DNA of 64,000 nt, taken from contig CALMQM010000073.1 of assembly GCA_937871435.1 (NCBI GenBank), forward strand, positions 3,282 through 67,281, in the 5' to 3' direction. The notes beneath the pieces are model-generated. The model had not been told where the DNA came from. It saw only the letters and a program-made list of their open reading frames with translations, and did no database searches. The DNA is from an uncultured Bacteroidota bacterium (GTDB lineage Bacteria > Bacteroidota > Bacteroidia > AKYH767-A > 2013-40CM-41-45). Positions 30,200 through 40,118 of the stretch are shown here, one piece after another. Position 1 is the first letter of the stretch. Each line of letters opens with the position of its first letter. The translations under genes were made by a program, and so were the position numbers.

Positions 30200-30742
30200 A
30201 TGAAGAAGTTTTCCTTAGGAATTGGTTCAAGAGTAAGGCATCCACAGCATGGTGATGGTGTGATTGTACAGGTTAAACCTGAGGAGTATGTTGTGACATT
30301 CATGCAACACGGAATGCGGGACATTGACCGAACTGACGATGCTCTCGAAATTATTGATGCGAATGATCCGGATAATGATCTGGTGAGTCTGGCGGATATT
30401 GAAGTGTTGCTGGTGAACATCATCAAAAAATATTCAGACATACAGGAAAGAGTGGAGATCGGGCAAAAGTGGACCGGTGGTACGATGATCTTAAAACCCG
30501 GAGACACTTCACTCAAATCCAAAGAAGTTCCGATTGATGTTTTCTTCAATAAAATTGTGATGCTCCGTGATCGTCTGCGCGTGTTGGAACAAAGGATCAA
30601 TGCCCATGATAAGCTTACAGAAGAAGACAAGGTGAACATGCAACAATACATTACACGTTGTTATGGTTCGCTTACTACTTTCAATGTGATGTTTAAGTAT
30701 ACCACAGATCATTTTGTCGGAGAAAAAGGAAGTAAGGATTAA
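30200..30742 (+). CDS. Hypothetical protein
   Basis: 180 aa with ordinary composition. The N-terminus GSRVRHPQHGDGVIVQV resembles small Tudor/DUF3553-like folds. The antisense 161-aa ORF is Ser/Cys-rich and probably spurious. Confidence 0.5.
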   Translation: MKKFSLGIGSRVRHPQHGDGVIVQVKPEEYVVTFMQHGMRDIDRTDDALEIIDANDPDNDLVSLADIEVLLVNIIKKYSDIQERVEIGQKWTGGTMILKPGDTSLKSKEVPIDVFFNKIVMLRDRLRVLEQRINAHDKLTEEDKVNMQQYITRCYGSLTTFNVMFKYTTDHFVGEKGSKD

Positions 30743-30819
30743 TTTCTGATTGATTGGTGTGAGCAAAATGTTGATTGAATTGAACCGTTCTTACCCGGAC
30801 CAAATTTTGGGTTGCATTT

Positions 30820-32709
30820 ATGAATTTATTGTCTGTTGAAAATTTAAGTAAATCCTATGGAGAGAAAATTCTTTTCAACGGAATTAATTTTGGTATATCT
30901 AAGGGTGAAAAAGTCGCGCTGATTGCCCGCAATGGTACAGGGAAAACCACTTTATTAAGAATTCTTGCCGGGCAGGATCTGGCTGACTCGGGCGAAGTGA
31001 CATTGCGAAAAGATATCCGTGTAGCATACCTCGATCAGGATCCTTTTTTGGATACTCAGAAAACTGTGCTTGAAGTTATTTTCAGCATGGACAATCCGAT
31101 TATTCGTTTGCTGAAAGAATACGAGGCATGTCTTGAAGCGGATGCAGCTGCTCATTCTTCGGTAACACAGAAAGCATTGGAAGATGCAGCGGCAAAGATG
31201 GATGATGCGCATGCATGGGATTATGAAGTGAGAGTGAGACAAGTGATGTCAAGACTTAACATCCATCATTTGGATCAACCGGTAAGGCAATTGTCTGGTG
31301 GTCAAAAAAAACGAATAGCCCTTGCAAAAACTCTCATCGAACCGGCTGATTTGATCATCATGGATGAGCCAACGAACCATCTGGATGTGGAGATGGTGGA
31401 ATGGCTGGAAGAATTTCTGACTCGTTCTCAGCTGACGTTGCTACTGGTGACACATGACCGTTATTTCCTGGATTCTATCTGTGACAAAATCATCGAGATG
31501 GAAAACCTGAAGCTTTATAGTTATGAAGGAAATTATTCCTACTTCCTTGAGAAAAAAGCGGAACGGGAATTCAATGAGGAAAGAGAAACAGATAAAGCGC
31601 GAAATCTAATGCGAACTGAGCTGGAATGGATGCGTCGTATGCCCAAAGCCCGCGGGACTAAATCCAAAGCACGTATTGATGCCTTTTATGAATTGAAAGA
31701 CAAAGCAACCGGAAGAAAAAAGCAGGCCGGAATTGAGCTTGATGTGAAGATGAACAGAATAGGCGGGAAGGTGATTGAACTCAAAAAAGTTTACAAGAAA
31801 TACGGTGACCTGACAATTCTGAATGGATTTGATTACACTTTCAGAACAGGTGAACGGATTGGAATCGTTGGAAAGAATGGTGCAGGGAAATCTACTTTTT
31901 TGAATCTACTGACAGGTAAAGATGCCCCGGATAGCGGGAAGGTAAATGTTGGTGATACAATTATTTTCGGGTACTATTCTCAGCAGGGACTGGAATTGAA
32001 AGAGGACAAAAGGGTGATTGAAGTAGTGAAGGATTATGCAGAAGTCATCCAACTCAGTGACGGTTCGAAAGTATCGGCTTCACAGTTTCTGAACTTATTT
32101 CAATTTCCTCCCGAACAGCAATTCACATATGTTTCAAAACTCAGCGGTGGTGAGAAAAGACGTTTGCATCTGTTGACTGTTTTGATTCTTAATCCTAACT
32201 TTTTAATTCTCGATGAACCAACGAATGATTTGGATCTCCTTACATTAGGTATCCTGGAAGATTTCCTGCTCAACTACAAAGGTTGTCTGGTTGTGGTTAG
32301 TCATGATCGTTATTTCATGGATAAACTGGTAGACCACTTATTTATTTTTGAAGGCAATGGAAGCATTCGGGATTACAACGGATCTTACTCAGAGTGGAGA
32401 GAATCGGAAGAAGAGCGCGAAAAGGAAGCGACAAAGCTCAAGGTGAAAGAAACTGAGGAGCAGAAGAAAAAAGAAGCTTTGCCAAAAACTGATAAAAAGA
32501 AACTATCCTATAAAGAAAAATTTGAGTTTGAGACTTTGAGCAAAGAAATAGAAACACTCGAACAAGAAAAAGCGAAACTGGAAGAGCAGATGAGCAATGG
32601 CCAGGCGGCACATACACAATTACAGGAATGGGCATTGCGTTTGAAGGCAGTGATGCAGGAAATTGACGATAAATCCATGCGTTGGCTTGAATTGGCTGAA
32701 TTAAGCTGA
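30820..32709 (+). CDS. ABC-F family ATPase (tandem ABC domains, no TM domain)
   Basis: 629 aa. Two Walker A motifs (ARNGTGKTTLL; GKNGAGKSTFL), two ABC signatures (LSGGQKKR; LSGGEKRR) and a C-terminal coiled coil. Confidence 0.9.
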   Translation: MNLLSVENLSKSYGEKILFNGINFGISKGEKVALIARNGTGKTTLLRILAGQDLADSGEVTLRKDIRVAYLDQDPFLDTQKTVLEVIFSMDNPIIRLLKEYEACLEADAAAHSSVTQKALEDAAAKMDDAHAWDYEVRVRQVMSRLNIHHLDQPVRQLSGGQKKRIALAKTLIEPADLIIMDEPTNHLDVEMVEWLEEFLTRSQLTLLLVTHDRYFLDSICDKIIEMENLKLYSYEGNYSYFLEKKAEREFNEERETDKARNLMRTELEWMRRMPKARGTKSKARIDAFYELKDKATGRKKQAGIELDVKMNRIGGKVIELKKVYKKYGDLTILNGFDYTFRTGERIGIVGKNGAGKSTFLNLLTGKDAPDSGKVNVGDTIIFGYYSQQGLELKEDKRVIEVVKDYAEVIQLSDGSKVSASQFLNLFQFPPEQQFTYVSKLSGGEKRRLHLLTVLILNPNFLILDEPTNDLDLLTLGILEDFLLNYKGCLVVVSHDRYFMDKLVDHLFIFEGNGSIRDYNGSYSEWRESEEEREKEATKLKVKETEEQKKKEALPKTDKKKLSYKEKFEFETLSKEIETLEQEKAKLEEQMSNGQAAHTQLQEWALRLKAVMQEIDDKSMRWLELAELS

Positions 32710-32732
32710 GTTTATTTTCTCAAAAATAAATT

Positions 32733-33989
32733 ATGAGTAAACCCCTGATAGGAGATACAGAAACTTTTGTTGCATTCCGGCATCTGAACTTCAGAAGATT
32801 TATTTTTTCCAAGTTCATGCTTACACTTGCTTTGCAGATACAATTTGTAGTGCTTAGCTGGCAGGTTTACGAGATCACTCACGATCCGTTATCTCTTGGG
32901 TTCATCGGTCTGGCAGAAGCCATCCCTGCTGTCGGGTTGGCTTTATACGGAGGTTATATTTCTGACAGAAGTGACAGGAGGAAAATTCTTGTTTGGGTGC
33001 AGGCTTTATTAATCGTTTGTTCTGTACTTCTTGCATACATCTCGTTTCACTTTTCCAGCCTACCATTAGAACAACAACACGCTTTTCCATTTTACATGAT
33101 TATGTTCGGTGTTGGGGTCCTCAGAGGATTTTACAGTCCGGCACAGTTTCCATTGATGACACAATTAGTTCCGCGTGAAGCATACGCCAACTCCTCTGCA
33201 TGGAATTCTACTTTCTGGCATATCGCTGTTGTTCTTGGTTCATCCGGCGGTGGATTGCTGCTTGGATTTTGTGGAAAGAACACGTCGTATTTGGTTGTAT
33301 TGATAGTTATGTTACTCGGATTTATTCAGATTGTTCGCATTCCTTCTCAACCGGTTCAGGAGATAAAACCGGGAGAAAAAATGATGAGCAGTATCCGGGA
33401 AGGTTTGCGTTTTGTGTTCAGTAATCAGGCCATCCTGGGAGCACTTTCTCTCGATCTTATTGCTGTGTTGTTTGGCGGGGCCACTGCAATGCTTCCTGTT
33501 TTCGCCAGTGATATTCTCCAGGTAGGTGAAAAAGGTTTTGGCTTTCTCAGGGCTGCACCATTTGCAGGCTCTGTCCTGATGGCCTTGTATATGACCAAAC
33601 ATCCTCCGGTGAAACAGGCAGGGAAAAAATTATTGTTTTGTGTTGGCGGATTTTCAGTGTGCATGATTGCATTCGCGCTGAGCAGGAATTTTTATTTATC
33701 TCTCTTTATTTTAGCTGCGAGCGGAGCATTTGATAATGTCAGTGTAGTCATTCGTTCTATGATCATGCAATTGTTAACTCCCGATCATATGCGAGGAAGA
33801 GTTTCATCCGTGAGCACAATGTTCATCAGTTCCAGCAATGAAATTGGCGCGTTTGAGTCTGGTTTTGCCGCAAAAATGCTCGGTTTGGTTCCATCTGTCA
33901 TTATTGGAGGAGCAGTAGCATTGGGTTCAGTGGGTGCGGCCGGAGCTGCTTTACCAGAGCTCAGGAAGCTCGATTTAAGTAAAGCTTGA
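32733..33989 (+). CDS. MFS transporter
   Basis: 418 aa. ~12 predicted TM helices with the MFS motif-A-like GGYISDRSDRRKIL. Confidence 0.8.
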   Translation: MSKPLIGDTETFVAFRHLNFRRFIFSKFMLTLALQIQFVVLSWQVYEITHDPLSLGFIGLAEAIPAVGLALYGGYISDRSDRRKILVWVQALLIVCSVLLAYISFHFSSLPLEQQHAFPFYMIMFGVGVLRGFYSPAQFPLMTQLVPREAYANSSAWNSTFWHIAVVLGSSGGGLLLGFCGKNTSYLVVLIVMLLGFIQIVRIPSQPVQEIKPGEKMMSSIREGLRFVFSNQAILGALSLDLIAVLFGGATAMLPVFASDILQVGEKGFGFLRAAPFAGSVLMALYMTKHPPVKQAGKKLLFCVGGFSVCMIAFALSRNFYLSLFILAASGAFDNVSVVIRSMIMQLLTPDHMRGRVSSVSTMFISSSNEIGAFESGFAAKMLGLVPSVIIGGAVALGSVGAAGAALPELRKLDLSKA

Positions 33990-34053
33990 TCCTTCTTTGT
34001 ATCTTTGTGCATTCGGTTAAATCAAACAAACCGATTGTTAATTTACACATAAC

Positions 34054-34542
34054 ATGTTTAGCCCCTTCAATTCCTTACCGGCTCACTCACGTGTCTGGGT
34101 GTATCAATCAGAAAGAGAATTCACATCAAATGAACAGTTGAGCATTTCAGAAAAAATTAAAACTTTTCTGGAAAATTGGACTGCTCACGACAAAGCCCTG
34201 AAAGCGGGTTTCGAGATTCGTTACAATCGATTCATAATATTGAGTATCGATGAAAAACAGGCTGCAGCAACCGGATGTTCGATTGATAAATCTGTACACT
34301 TCATTCAAAAACTCGAGCAGGAATTAAATATTTCTTTGATGAACAGAATGTTGTTTGCCTATAAAGAAGGCGATAAAGTGAAGGTTTCAAATCGATCAGA
34401 ATTTGAAGAGAGGATTGAAAAAGGATTGATCAATTCTGAAACTATCGTTTTCAATAATCTGGTTCAAAGTATTGCAGATATGGAAATGAATTGGGAAGTA
34501 CCTCTGAAAAACAGCTGGCACAAAGCCTTGCTTGAGATATAA
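34054..34542 (+). CDS. Hypothetical protein
   Basis: 162 aa, no recognisable motif. Ends at a strong bidirectional terminator. Confidence 0.5.
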   Translation: MFSPFNSLPAHSRVWVYQSEREFTSNEQLSISEKIKTFLENWTAHDKALKAGFEIRYNRFIILSIDEKQAAATGCSIDKSVHFIQKLEQELNISLMNRMLFAYKEGDKVKVSNRSEFEERIEKGLINSETIVFNNLVQSIADMEMNWEVPLKNSWHKALLEI

Positions 34543-34588
34543 AACAAGAAAGACGATAGCCCGCTATCGTCTTTCTTGTTTTAATTTT
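34543..34588. terminator. Bidirectional rho-independent terminator (17-bp perfect palindrome)
   Basis: AACAAGAAAGACGATAG-CCCG-CTATCGTCTTTCTTGTT, flanked by A-rich 5' and T-rich 3' sequence. Sits between convergent genes. Confidence 0.8.
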
Positions 34589-34595
34589 ATTGCTT

Positions 34596-35369
34596 TTATT
34601 TTTTTACCGGAATTTCACGCAGGATCTGACCGGCTTTATAAATGACTTTTTTCTGGAGGACAGAATCCTGATAAACTTTCCATTCTCCTTCTTCATTGTT
34701 TGCCACATAATTTCCTTCGCGCTTCAGTACACCATTGTCGTCATATTCTTTTGCTGGCCCCTGTAAATCGCCTTCGACGTAATTGTATTCAAGAGAAGGT
34801 TTTCCGTTTTGTTTATACCATTTGCTCAAACCGTGTCTCACGCCATTCTTGTATAAAGCTTCTTCCTGGATTTTTGTATCCTCATAGAAACTCTTCTTTT
34901 CTCCGGTAAGCTGACCATTGAGGTAATTCTCTGTATTCTTGATCCGGCCATTGCTGAGATAGGTTGTACGTTTTCCCTGCAAAGTATCATTTACAAAAGT
35001 TTCATCGACTGTTGCCTGACCAATTACTGAAAACGAAATACTGGCTCCGTTTTTTCTGCCCATATTGTATTCAGTTAGCTTTGAAAGGATGCCATTACCG
35101 TTTACATATTCTCTCCACACACCGTCTTTGCGGCCATTTTTCATATATCCCTGTTCAGTAAGCACGCCTTTAAAATTCAGGATGCGTATGTATTCTCTGG
35201 ATGGATCATTCGGATCCTTGCTGATAATAGTGTCCGCTTTGTTTTCTGTTTTTTCTGCCTGAAGGAACGGAGTTGCTGGCTTCATGATTTGCGGAGCCGG
35301 TTTGGTCTGTTGTTGTGCGAACAGGATAAACGGAGTCGCACAGGCAATAGTCAAAAGGAGTTTTTTCAT
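34596..35369 (-). CDS. MORN-repeat-variant (YwqK-like) secreted protein
   Basis: 257 aa. Signal peptide. Repeated G-x-W-x-x-Y / NG units (DGVWREYVNGNG, GEWKVYQDSVLQKK). Confidence 0.6.
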   Translation of the reverse strand: MKKLLLTIACATPFILFAQQQTKPAPQIMKPATPFLQAEKTENKADTIISKDPNDPSREYIRILNFKGVLTEQGYMKNGRKDGVWREYVNGNGILSKLTEYNMGRKNGASISFSVIGQATVDETFVNDTLQGKRTTYLSNGRIKNTENYLNGQLTGEKKSFYEDTKIQEEALYKNGVRHGLSKWYKQNGKPSLEYNYVEGDLQGPAKEYDDNGVLKREGNYVANNEEGEWKVYQDSVLQKKVIYKAGQILREIPVKK

Positions 35370-35466
35370 CGTAGCTGAATATTAATGTTGCAAAATTAAT
35401 CGAATAGTTCAAAGTTGCATGAATTCTGGATGTATTCTGTATTTTTAAGCCATAATATTTGCCCAT

Positions 35467-35991
35467 ATGTCACTGACTGTCCGCCTGGTAGAACCCTCTG
35501 AATTTGAAGCTCTGGCCCAATTGGGAAGGGAGACTTTTTACGAAACCTGGAAGGATTATAATACAGCGGAAGACATGCAGACTTACCTGGCAGAAGCCTT
35601 TGATTCAGCAAAGATTAAAAAGGATCTTTTAAATTCTTCCGTGAATACTTTTTTGTTTGTTCTTGATCTGAAGACCCCGGTAGGCTATGCTAAATTAAGA
35701 AGAGACCGTACATACGATGAGTTTCATGGTGCTCAGGTGATAGAGATGGAGCGCATTTATGTAAAAGGTGAATACCAGAAACAAAAAGCAGGTAAAGCTC
35801 TAATGGATGAAAGCCTGCGAATTGCCAGACAGGAAAAGCATGAATGGATTTGGCTTGGAGTGAACATTGACAACCATAAAGCCATTCAATTTTATAAAAA
35901 TTATGGTTTTGAAATTTTTGGTTCGAAGATGTTCAAACTGGGCGACGCAGAAGACGAAGATTACCTCATGAAATTAAAATTGTCGCAGTAG
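35467..35991 (+). CDS. GNAT family N-acetyltransferase
   Basis: 174 aa. Acetyl-CoA-binding motif-A-like region (QKQKAGKALMDESLRIARQ) in a GNAT fold. Confidence 0.8.
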   Translation: MSLTVRLVEPSEFEALAQLGRETFYETWKDYNTAEDMQTYLAEAFDSAKIKKDLLNSSVNTFLFVLDLKTPVGYAKLRRDRTYDEFHGAQVIEMERIYVKGEYQKQKAGKALMDESLRIARQEKHEWIWLGVNIDNHKAIQFYKNYGFEIFGSKMFKLGDAEDEDYLMKLKLSQ

Positions 35992-36016
35992 ATTTTTTTT
36001 CAGAAAAATTTTTGAT

Positions 36017-38581
36017 TCAACGATCATAAAATTCTTTCTTCTTGAGTAATTTGAGGTCTTGCAAAATGGATGATTTTACATTGATCTGAAAATTATACCC
36101 TTCCAGATAACCAAAAGGGGTCCAGTTCAGACGCATTTCCCAGCAATGTAAATCTCTGTAAATATTCACTCCTGCATTGGTAAATCGCCCATCCTGAAAA
36201 TCGTACCAACTGTTGAAACTGATTTTCCATCGTGGTGTCAGATTCAAATCTGCATTGATACTTGCTGTTTGCGATTCAACTTTGGCCGCATTTCCAAATT
36301 TGGAATAAGAATAAGTGTAGCCGATACTTAAATTATAGGGAATTTCGAAATCCACATATTCTTCAGGATGTTGATTGATATAATCCAATTCTTGTTTTGA
36401 ATAGCGAGAACTCTTTTTGTCCTTTTTTGGTGAAAGCGAAAAGTTAGTTGAAATATTTGCTGATGTCAACCTGAACAAATGTCCATTCTGATCCTTTAGA
36501 AATTTGTTGTAATCGCGATTGTTTTCATCAAAAGCATAAGGATCAAGAATACCTCCGAAATTGATACTCATTCTGTCAAAAAGTGTAGTTCTTCCACTGA
36601 TCGAAAGTGTACTCCAGTTCATTGAATCAGCGATTAGATTATAACCTGCGCCCAGACGCAGGCTTTCCAACAGCTTGACTTTCTTTAATACAACACCTGT
36701 ATCTGAATGTGTTCGCACTTTCATTTCGATATTATTGTCGAGACTGAAATTCAGACTACCAAATTTTCCGCCGCCCGGACCGCCGTATACAGCATTCTGA
36801 AAGACAGAATATACCTGTGTTCGACCTGTAGTATCTGTTTGAACAGTTTTAAAATATCCATATCCTGCCTCACTGAAATCGGGTCGGTAGCCAAAAGAAA
36901 CATTCGGTGTCATTACATGACGCACTGCGGCAACCGGACCTTTTTTCATTTGATACATTCCGTAAATACGTGTATTCAAACCCAGACTAAATTGATAATC
37001 ACGTGCAGCTTTGAATTTATTGATGGTCAAAGTATCAATCTTGCTCAACTCAGGATTCCATGCGTATTCAGTGGTTTTAAAATACCATCTTTCTGTATAA
37101 TTCGCTGAAGGACTGAGTGTGAAATAACTGAGGATATTGAATGAAGTTGAAATCGGAATGGAATGTTGTATCCCATTTTGCATGTTGTCAATGCTGCTTT
37201 GTTTGAAAAGCAAAGAATCTTTTGTCTGAACAAAATTGGTTGCCCTGAGTGAATAACTTGTTCCTATTTTTTCAAACCAACGTTGTGCTCCAACGGCATG
37301 CTTTCTTTTGAAGGGAGAAATGCGGGCTATATTAAAACTTACATCCGGAGCTGTTACACGGATGTCGTGAGTAATCGTGTTTTGAGTATGGTTGAGCGAT
37401 ATCCCCAGGTTCATTGGTTTGTCGGGGAATGAACGGCTGTATGCAATAGAAGAGGAGAATGTATTTGAAAGGAAATTGTTGACAGAAGCAATGGTGTTCC
37501 TGTAATATCTCGATGTTCCCGCATTCACAGTTGCATTGAAACTTCTGTAGGGATTTGCTTTGGGATCCTGAGTATGTGTCCAGTTGACATGAAAATCCTG
37601 GGTGGAACTGAAATCAGGTAATTCCTTTTCTGAAGTAAGACTTTTTGCATAACTCAGTCTTAGTGTACCTGAATACTTGTAACGCTTTTTGTATAAGGAT
37701 GCAAGATCCAGTGTATAACTCCCTTTTGTATAAATATCAGATGTAAATGCCAGATTAAAATAATCGCTGAAACCAAAATAATAACCAAGATGCTGGAAAT
37801 AAAACCCACGTTCAGTGGATTCTCCAAAAGCTGGAAAAATAATCCCTGAACTTCTGCCTTTTTTGTTCGGAAAGAATCCAAAGGGAATGAGGAATGGTGT
37901 AGGAATATTTTCAATCGTAAGATAAGCCGGTCCGGTAACAATTTTATTGTTACTAATGACTTTTAGTTTATTCGCTGTAATTGCAAAATGGGGAGTATCA
38001 AGGTCGCAGGTGGTATACAAACCGTTTTTAATGAAGAAATTATTTTCTGGATCTTTTTTCACCACTTCTCCGTGAATGAATCCTTCTCCTTCTTTGGTAA
38101 TCACATATCCAATCTTACCTTTTTTTGTTTCGAAATTGTAGTGAATTGAATTGGACCTGAATTGCTGATCAGCCTGAGAGAATTCGGGAGCTCCGCTAAG
38201 CACACCCAGACTATCTGTGGTCCCTTCTGCATACAAATCCTTTTTACCCATATTGATCAAAATGTAATTCGCCTTTAAATGCAAATCTTCATAATCGACT
38301 TTGGCATTGCCGTATAGATAAACCACTTCATTTTCCACATCCACCCGAATGGAGTCGGTGGCATGGTAATGGATCTGAGATTTCAATACATCGTCTTCTG
38401 TTGCGTTAGTATCTGCATTAATCGTCAAAACACCCGATGCAGGGGCAAGAGTGTCGGAATCAAGTGGCAGTACGATTCCGGTTGGGGAAAAAGGGGCTCT
38501 TGAACCAACAGCAAATTGTTGAAAAACAAGCAGGAAAAGGGCTAAAAGCGGGGTTGATATTTTGGATACTTGCGAAAACAA
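36017..38581 (-). CDS. LptD-like outer-membrane LPS-assembly protein
   Basis: 854 aa. Predicted TTG start. Signal peptide. N-terminal OstA-like motif (DSIRVDVENEVVYLYGNAKVDYEDLHLKANYILIN), then a long beta-rich C-terminal region. Confidence 0.65.
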   Translation of the reverse strand: MFSQVSKISTPLLALFLLVFQQFAVGSRAPFSPTGIVLPLDSDTLAPASGVLTINADTNATEDDVLKSQIHYHATDSIRVDVENEVVYLYGNAKVDYEDLHLKANYILINMGKKDLYAEGTTDSLGVLSGAPEFSQADQQFRSNSIHYNFETKKGKIGYVITKEGEGFIHGEVVKKDPENNFFIKNGLYTTCDLDTPHFAITANKLKVISNNKIVTGPAYLTIENIPTPFLIPFGFFPNKKGRSSGIIFPAFGESTERGFYFQHLGYYFGFSDYFNLAFTSDIYTKGSYTLDLASLYKKRYKYSGTLRLSYAKSLTSEKELPDFSSTQDFHVNWTHTQDPKANPYRSFNATVNAGTSRYYRNTIASVNNFLSNTFSSSIAYSRSFPDKPMNLGISLNHTQNTITHDIRVTAPDVSFNIARISPFKRKHAVGAQRWFEKIGTSYSLRATNFVQTKDSLLFKQSSIDNMQNGIQHSIPISTSFNILSYFTLSPSANYTERWYFKTTEYAWNPELSKIDTLTINKFKAARDYQFSLGLNTRIYGMYQMKKGPVAAVRHVMTPNVSFGYRPDFSEAGYGYFKTVQTDTTGRTQVYSVFQNAVYGGPGGGKFGSLNFSLDNNIEMKVRTHSDTGVVLKKVKLLESLRLGAGYNLIADSMNWSTLSISGRTTLFDRMSINFGGILDPYAFDENNRDYNKFLKDQNGHLFRLTSANISTNFSLSPKKDKKSSRYSKQELDYINQHPEEYVDFEIPYNLSIGYTYSYSKFGNAAKVESQTASINADLNLTPRWKISFNSWYDFQDGRFTNAGVNIYRDLHCWEMRLNWTPFGYLEGYNFQINVKSSILQDLKLLKKKEFYDR

Positions 38582-38605
38582 TTCTACAGGTAATTTGCTT
38601 CGGTT

Positions 38606-39898
38606 TTGGCTTCAAAACTAACGAAAAAATATCGTCCCGGACTTCCTTTTGTCAGCAAACTCATCGTGCTGACATGTTTATTTATTTCCACCTCTTTTAC
38701 TCCTTTCAAGTCGCATCCATACGGCGTAACCAAAGTCGTCATTGATGCCGGTCACGGTGGTCATGATTCGGGTTGTCTTGGGAAAAATGTAAAAGAGAAG
38801 GATGTCGCGCTGGGTGTCGCTTTGAAATTGGGAAAGTACATTGAAGAACATTTCCCGAATGTAAAAGTGATTTATACGCGAAAGACAGATGTGTTCGTGG
38901 AGCTTCATGAACGTGCGGCTATCGCCAATAACGCACATGCGGATCTGTTTATTTGCATTCACTGTAATTCCGCTTGTTATTATGACAAGAAAAAGAAGAA
39001 GGAGTTGTGCAACGAAGAAATTCTGGGGGCGGAAACATGGGTGATGGGGCTTCATATGTCTGAAGCGAATCTGGAGGTTTCAAAACGTGAAAATGAAGTA
39101 GTATTGCTGGAAAAGGATTATACCAAGCAGTATGATGGTTTTGATCCGAATTCTCCGGAAGCGAATATTATTTTTTCACTCTATCAGAATACTTTCCTTG
39201 ATCAAAGCTTACGACTGGCTTCTTCTGTTCAACAGGAGTTGAAATCCAAAGGGCGCCCAAGTCGAGGGGTAAAACAAGCAGGTTTTCTCGTCCTGTACAA
39301 AACATCTATGCCAAGTATCCTGATTGAAACAGGATTTCTGTCTAATCCGGATGAGGCGAAATACCTCAACTCCGAGAAAGGACAGTCAGAAATAGCTCAT
39401 GGGATTTTCAATGCGTTTAAATCATACAAAAATTCAATTGAAGCGAATGGTATAAATCAGGAAGGACAGGAGCCTGAGAAAACGGATCAAGCCGGCGATA
39501 GCGCTGAAAAATCAGATAAAATAAAATCAGATGAGGACAAGAATGTTGCTGAATCAAAACCTGTGAGCAACATTCCCGATAAGTCGGAAGAACCTGTTGT
39601 GATAAAAGACAATACAGCTGATCCTAAACCCCTTCGTCCGGTGTTTGGAGTTCAGATTCTGATTTCACCTTCAAAGATTGCCAGGGGAAGTGCTAAATTT
39701 AAAGGCTTGAAAAACGTGAGAGAAGAAAAGGATAAGGGGATGTATAAATATGTTACGGGAGAAACCACTTCGATGGCGGATGCTGTAAATCTACAGGATG
39801 AAATGCGCAAGAAAGGATTCAAAGATGCTTTTGTTGTGGCCTATCTGAATGACAAACGAATCTCTATCAAGGAAGCCCGCCAGCTCGTGAAGCAATGA
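38606..39898 (+). CDS. N-acetylmuramoyl-L-alanine amidase (Amidase_3) with C-terminal SPOR domain
   Basis: 430 aa. VVIDAGHGGHDSG...ADLFICIHCNS Amidase_3 motifs and a C-terminal SPOR-like segment (VFGVQILISPSK...AFVVAYLNDKRI). Predicted TTG start only 24 bp from the divergent LptD-like start. Confidence 0.8.
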   Translation: MASKLTKKYRPGLPFVSKLIVLTCLFISTSFTPFKSHPYGVTKVVIDAGHGGHDSGCLGKNVKEKDVALGVALKLGKYIEEHFPNVKVIYTRKTDVFVELHERAAIANNAHADLFICIHCNSACYYDKKKKKELCNEEILGAETWVMGLHMSEANLEVSKRENEVVLLEKDYTKQYDGFDPNSPEANIIFSLYQNTFLDQSLRLASSVQQELKSKGRPSRGVKQAGFLVLYKTSMPSILIETGFLSNPDEAKYLNSEKGQSEIAHGIFNAFKSYKNSIEANGINQEGQEPEKTDQAGDSAEKSDKIKSDEDKNVAESKPVSNIPDKSEEPVVIKDNTADPKPLRPVFGVQILISPSKIARGSAKFKGLKNVREEKDKGMYKYVTGETTSMADAVNLQDEMRKKGFKDAFVVAYLNDKRISIKEARQLVKQ

Positions 39899-40118
39899 GT
39901 CCACCGGAATCAGGATTTGTTGAATTTTGGAATCACCTGAATATCACTCTCTCACATATGGTTTTATTGATTAATTGATTGTGAATCGTAGAAGGATAAC
40001 TTGTTGAGAACTGAATACAATTGCGATTATCCTCAAAGAATAAAATACTTACTTTTAAAAAATTTGCAGATCGTTTAGATCTGTAAAACGCCATCAAGAG
40101 AGCCGGAAAAAAGATTGT

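Noticed and set aside
30166-30651. 161-aa minus-strand ORF overlapping the 30200-30742 gene
   Set aside because: Its composition is Ser/Cys/Thr-rich and low-complexity, and it would begin inside the neighbouring promoter region. The plus-strand frame has normal composition and a -7 box upstream.
36707-37108. 133-aa plus-strand ORF inside the LptD-like gene
   Set aside because: It is antisense to a long, well-supported minus-strand ORF and has no motifs.
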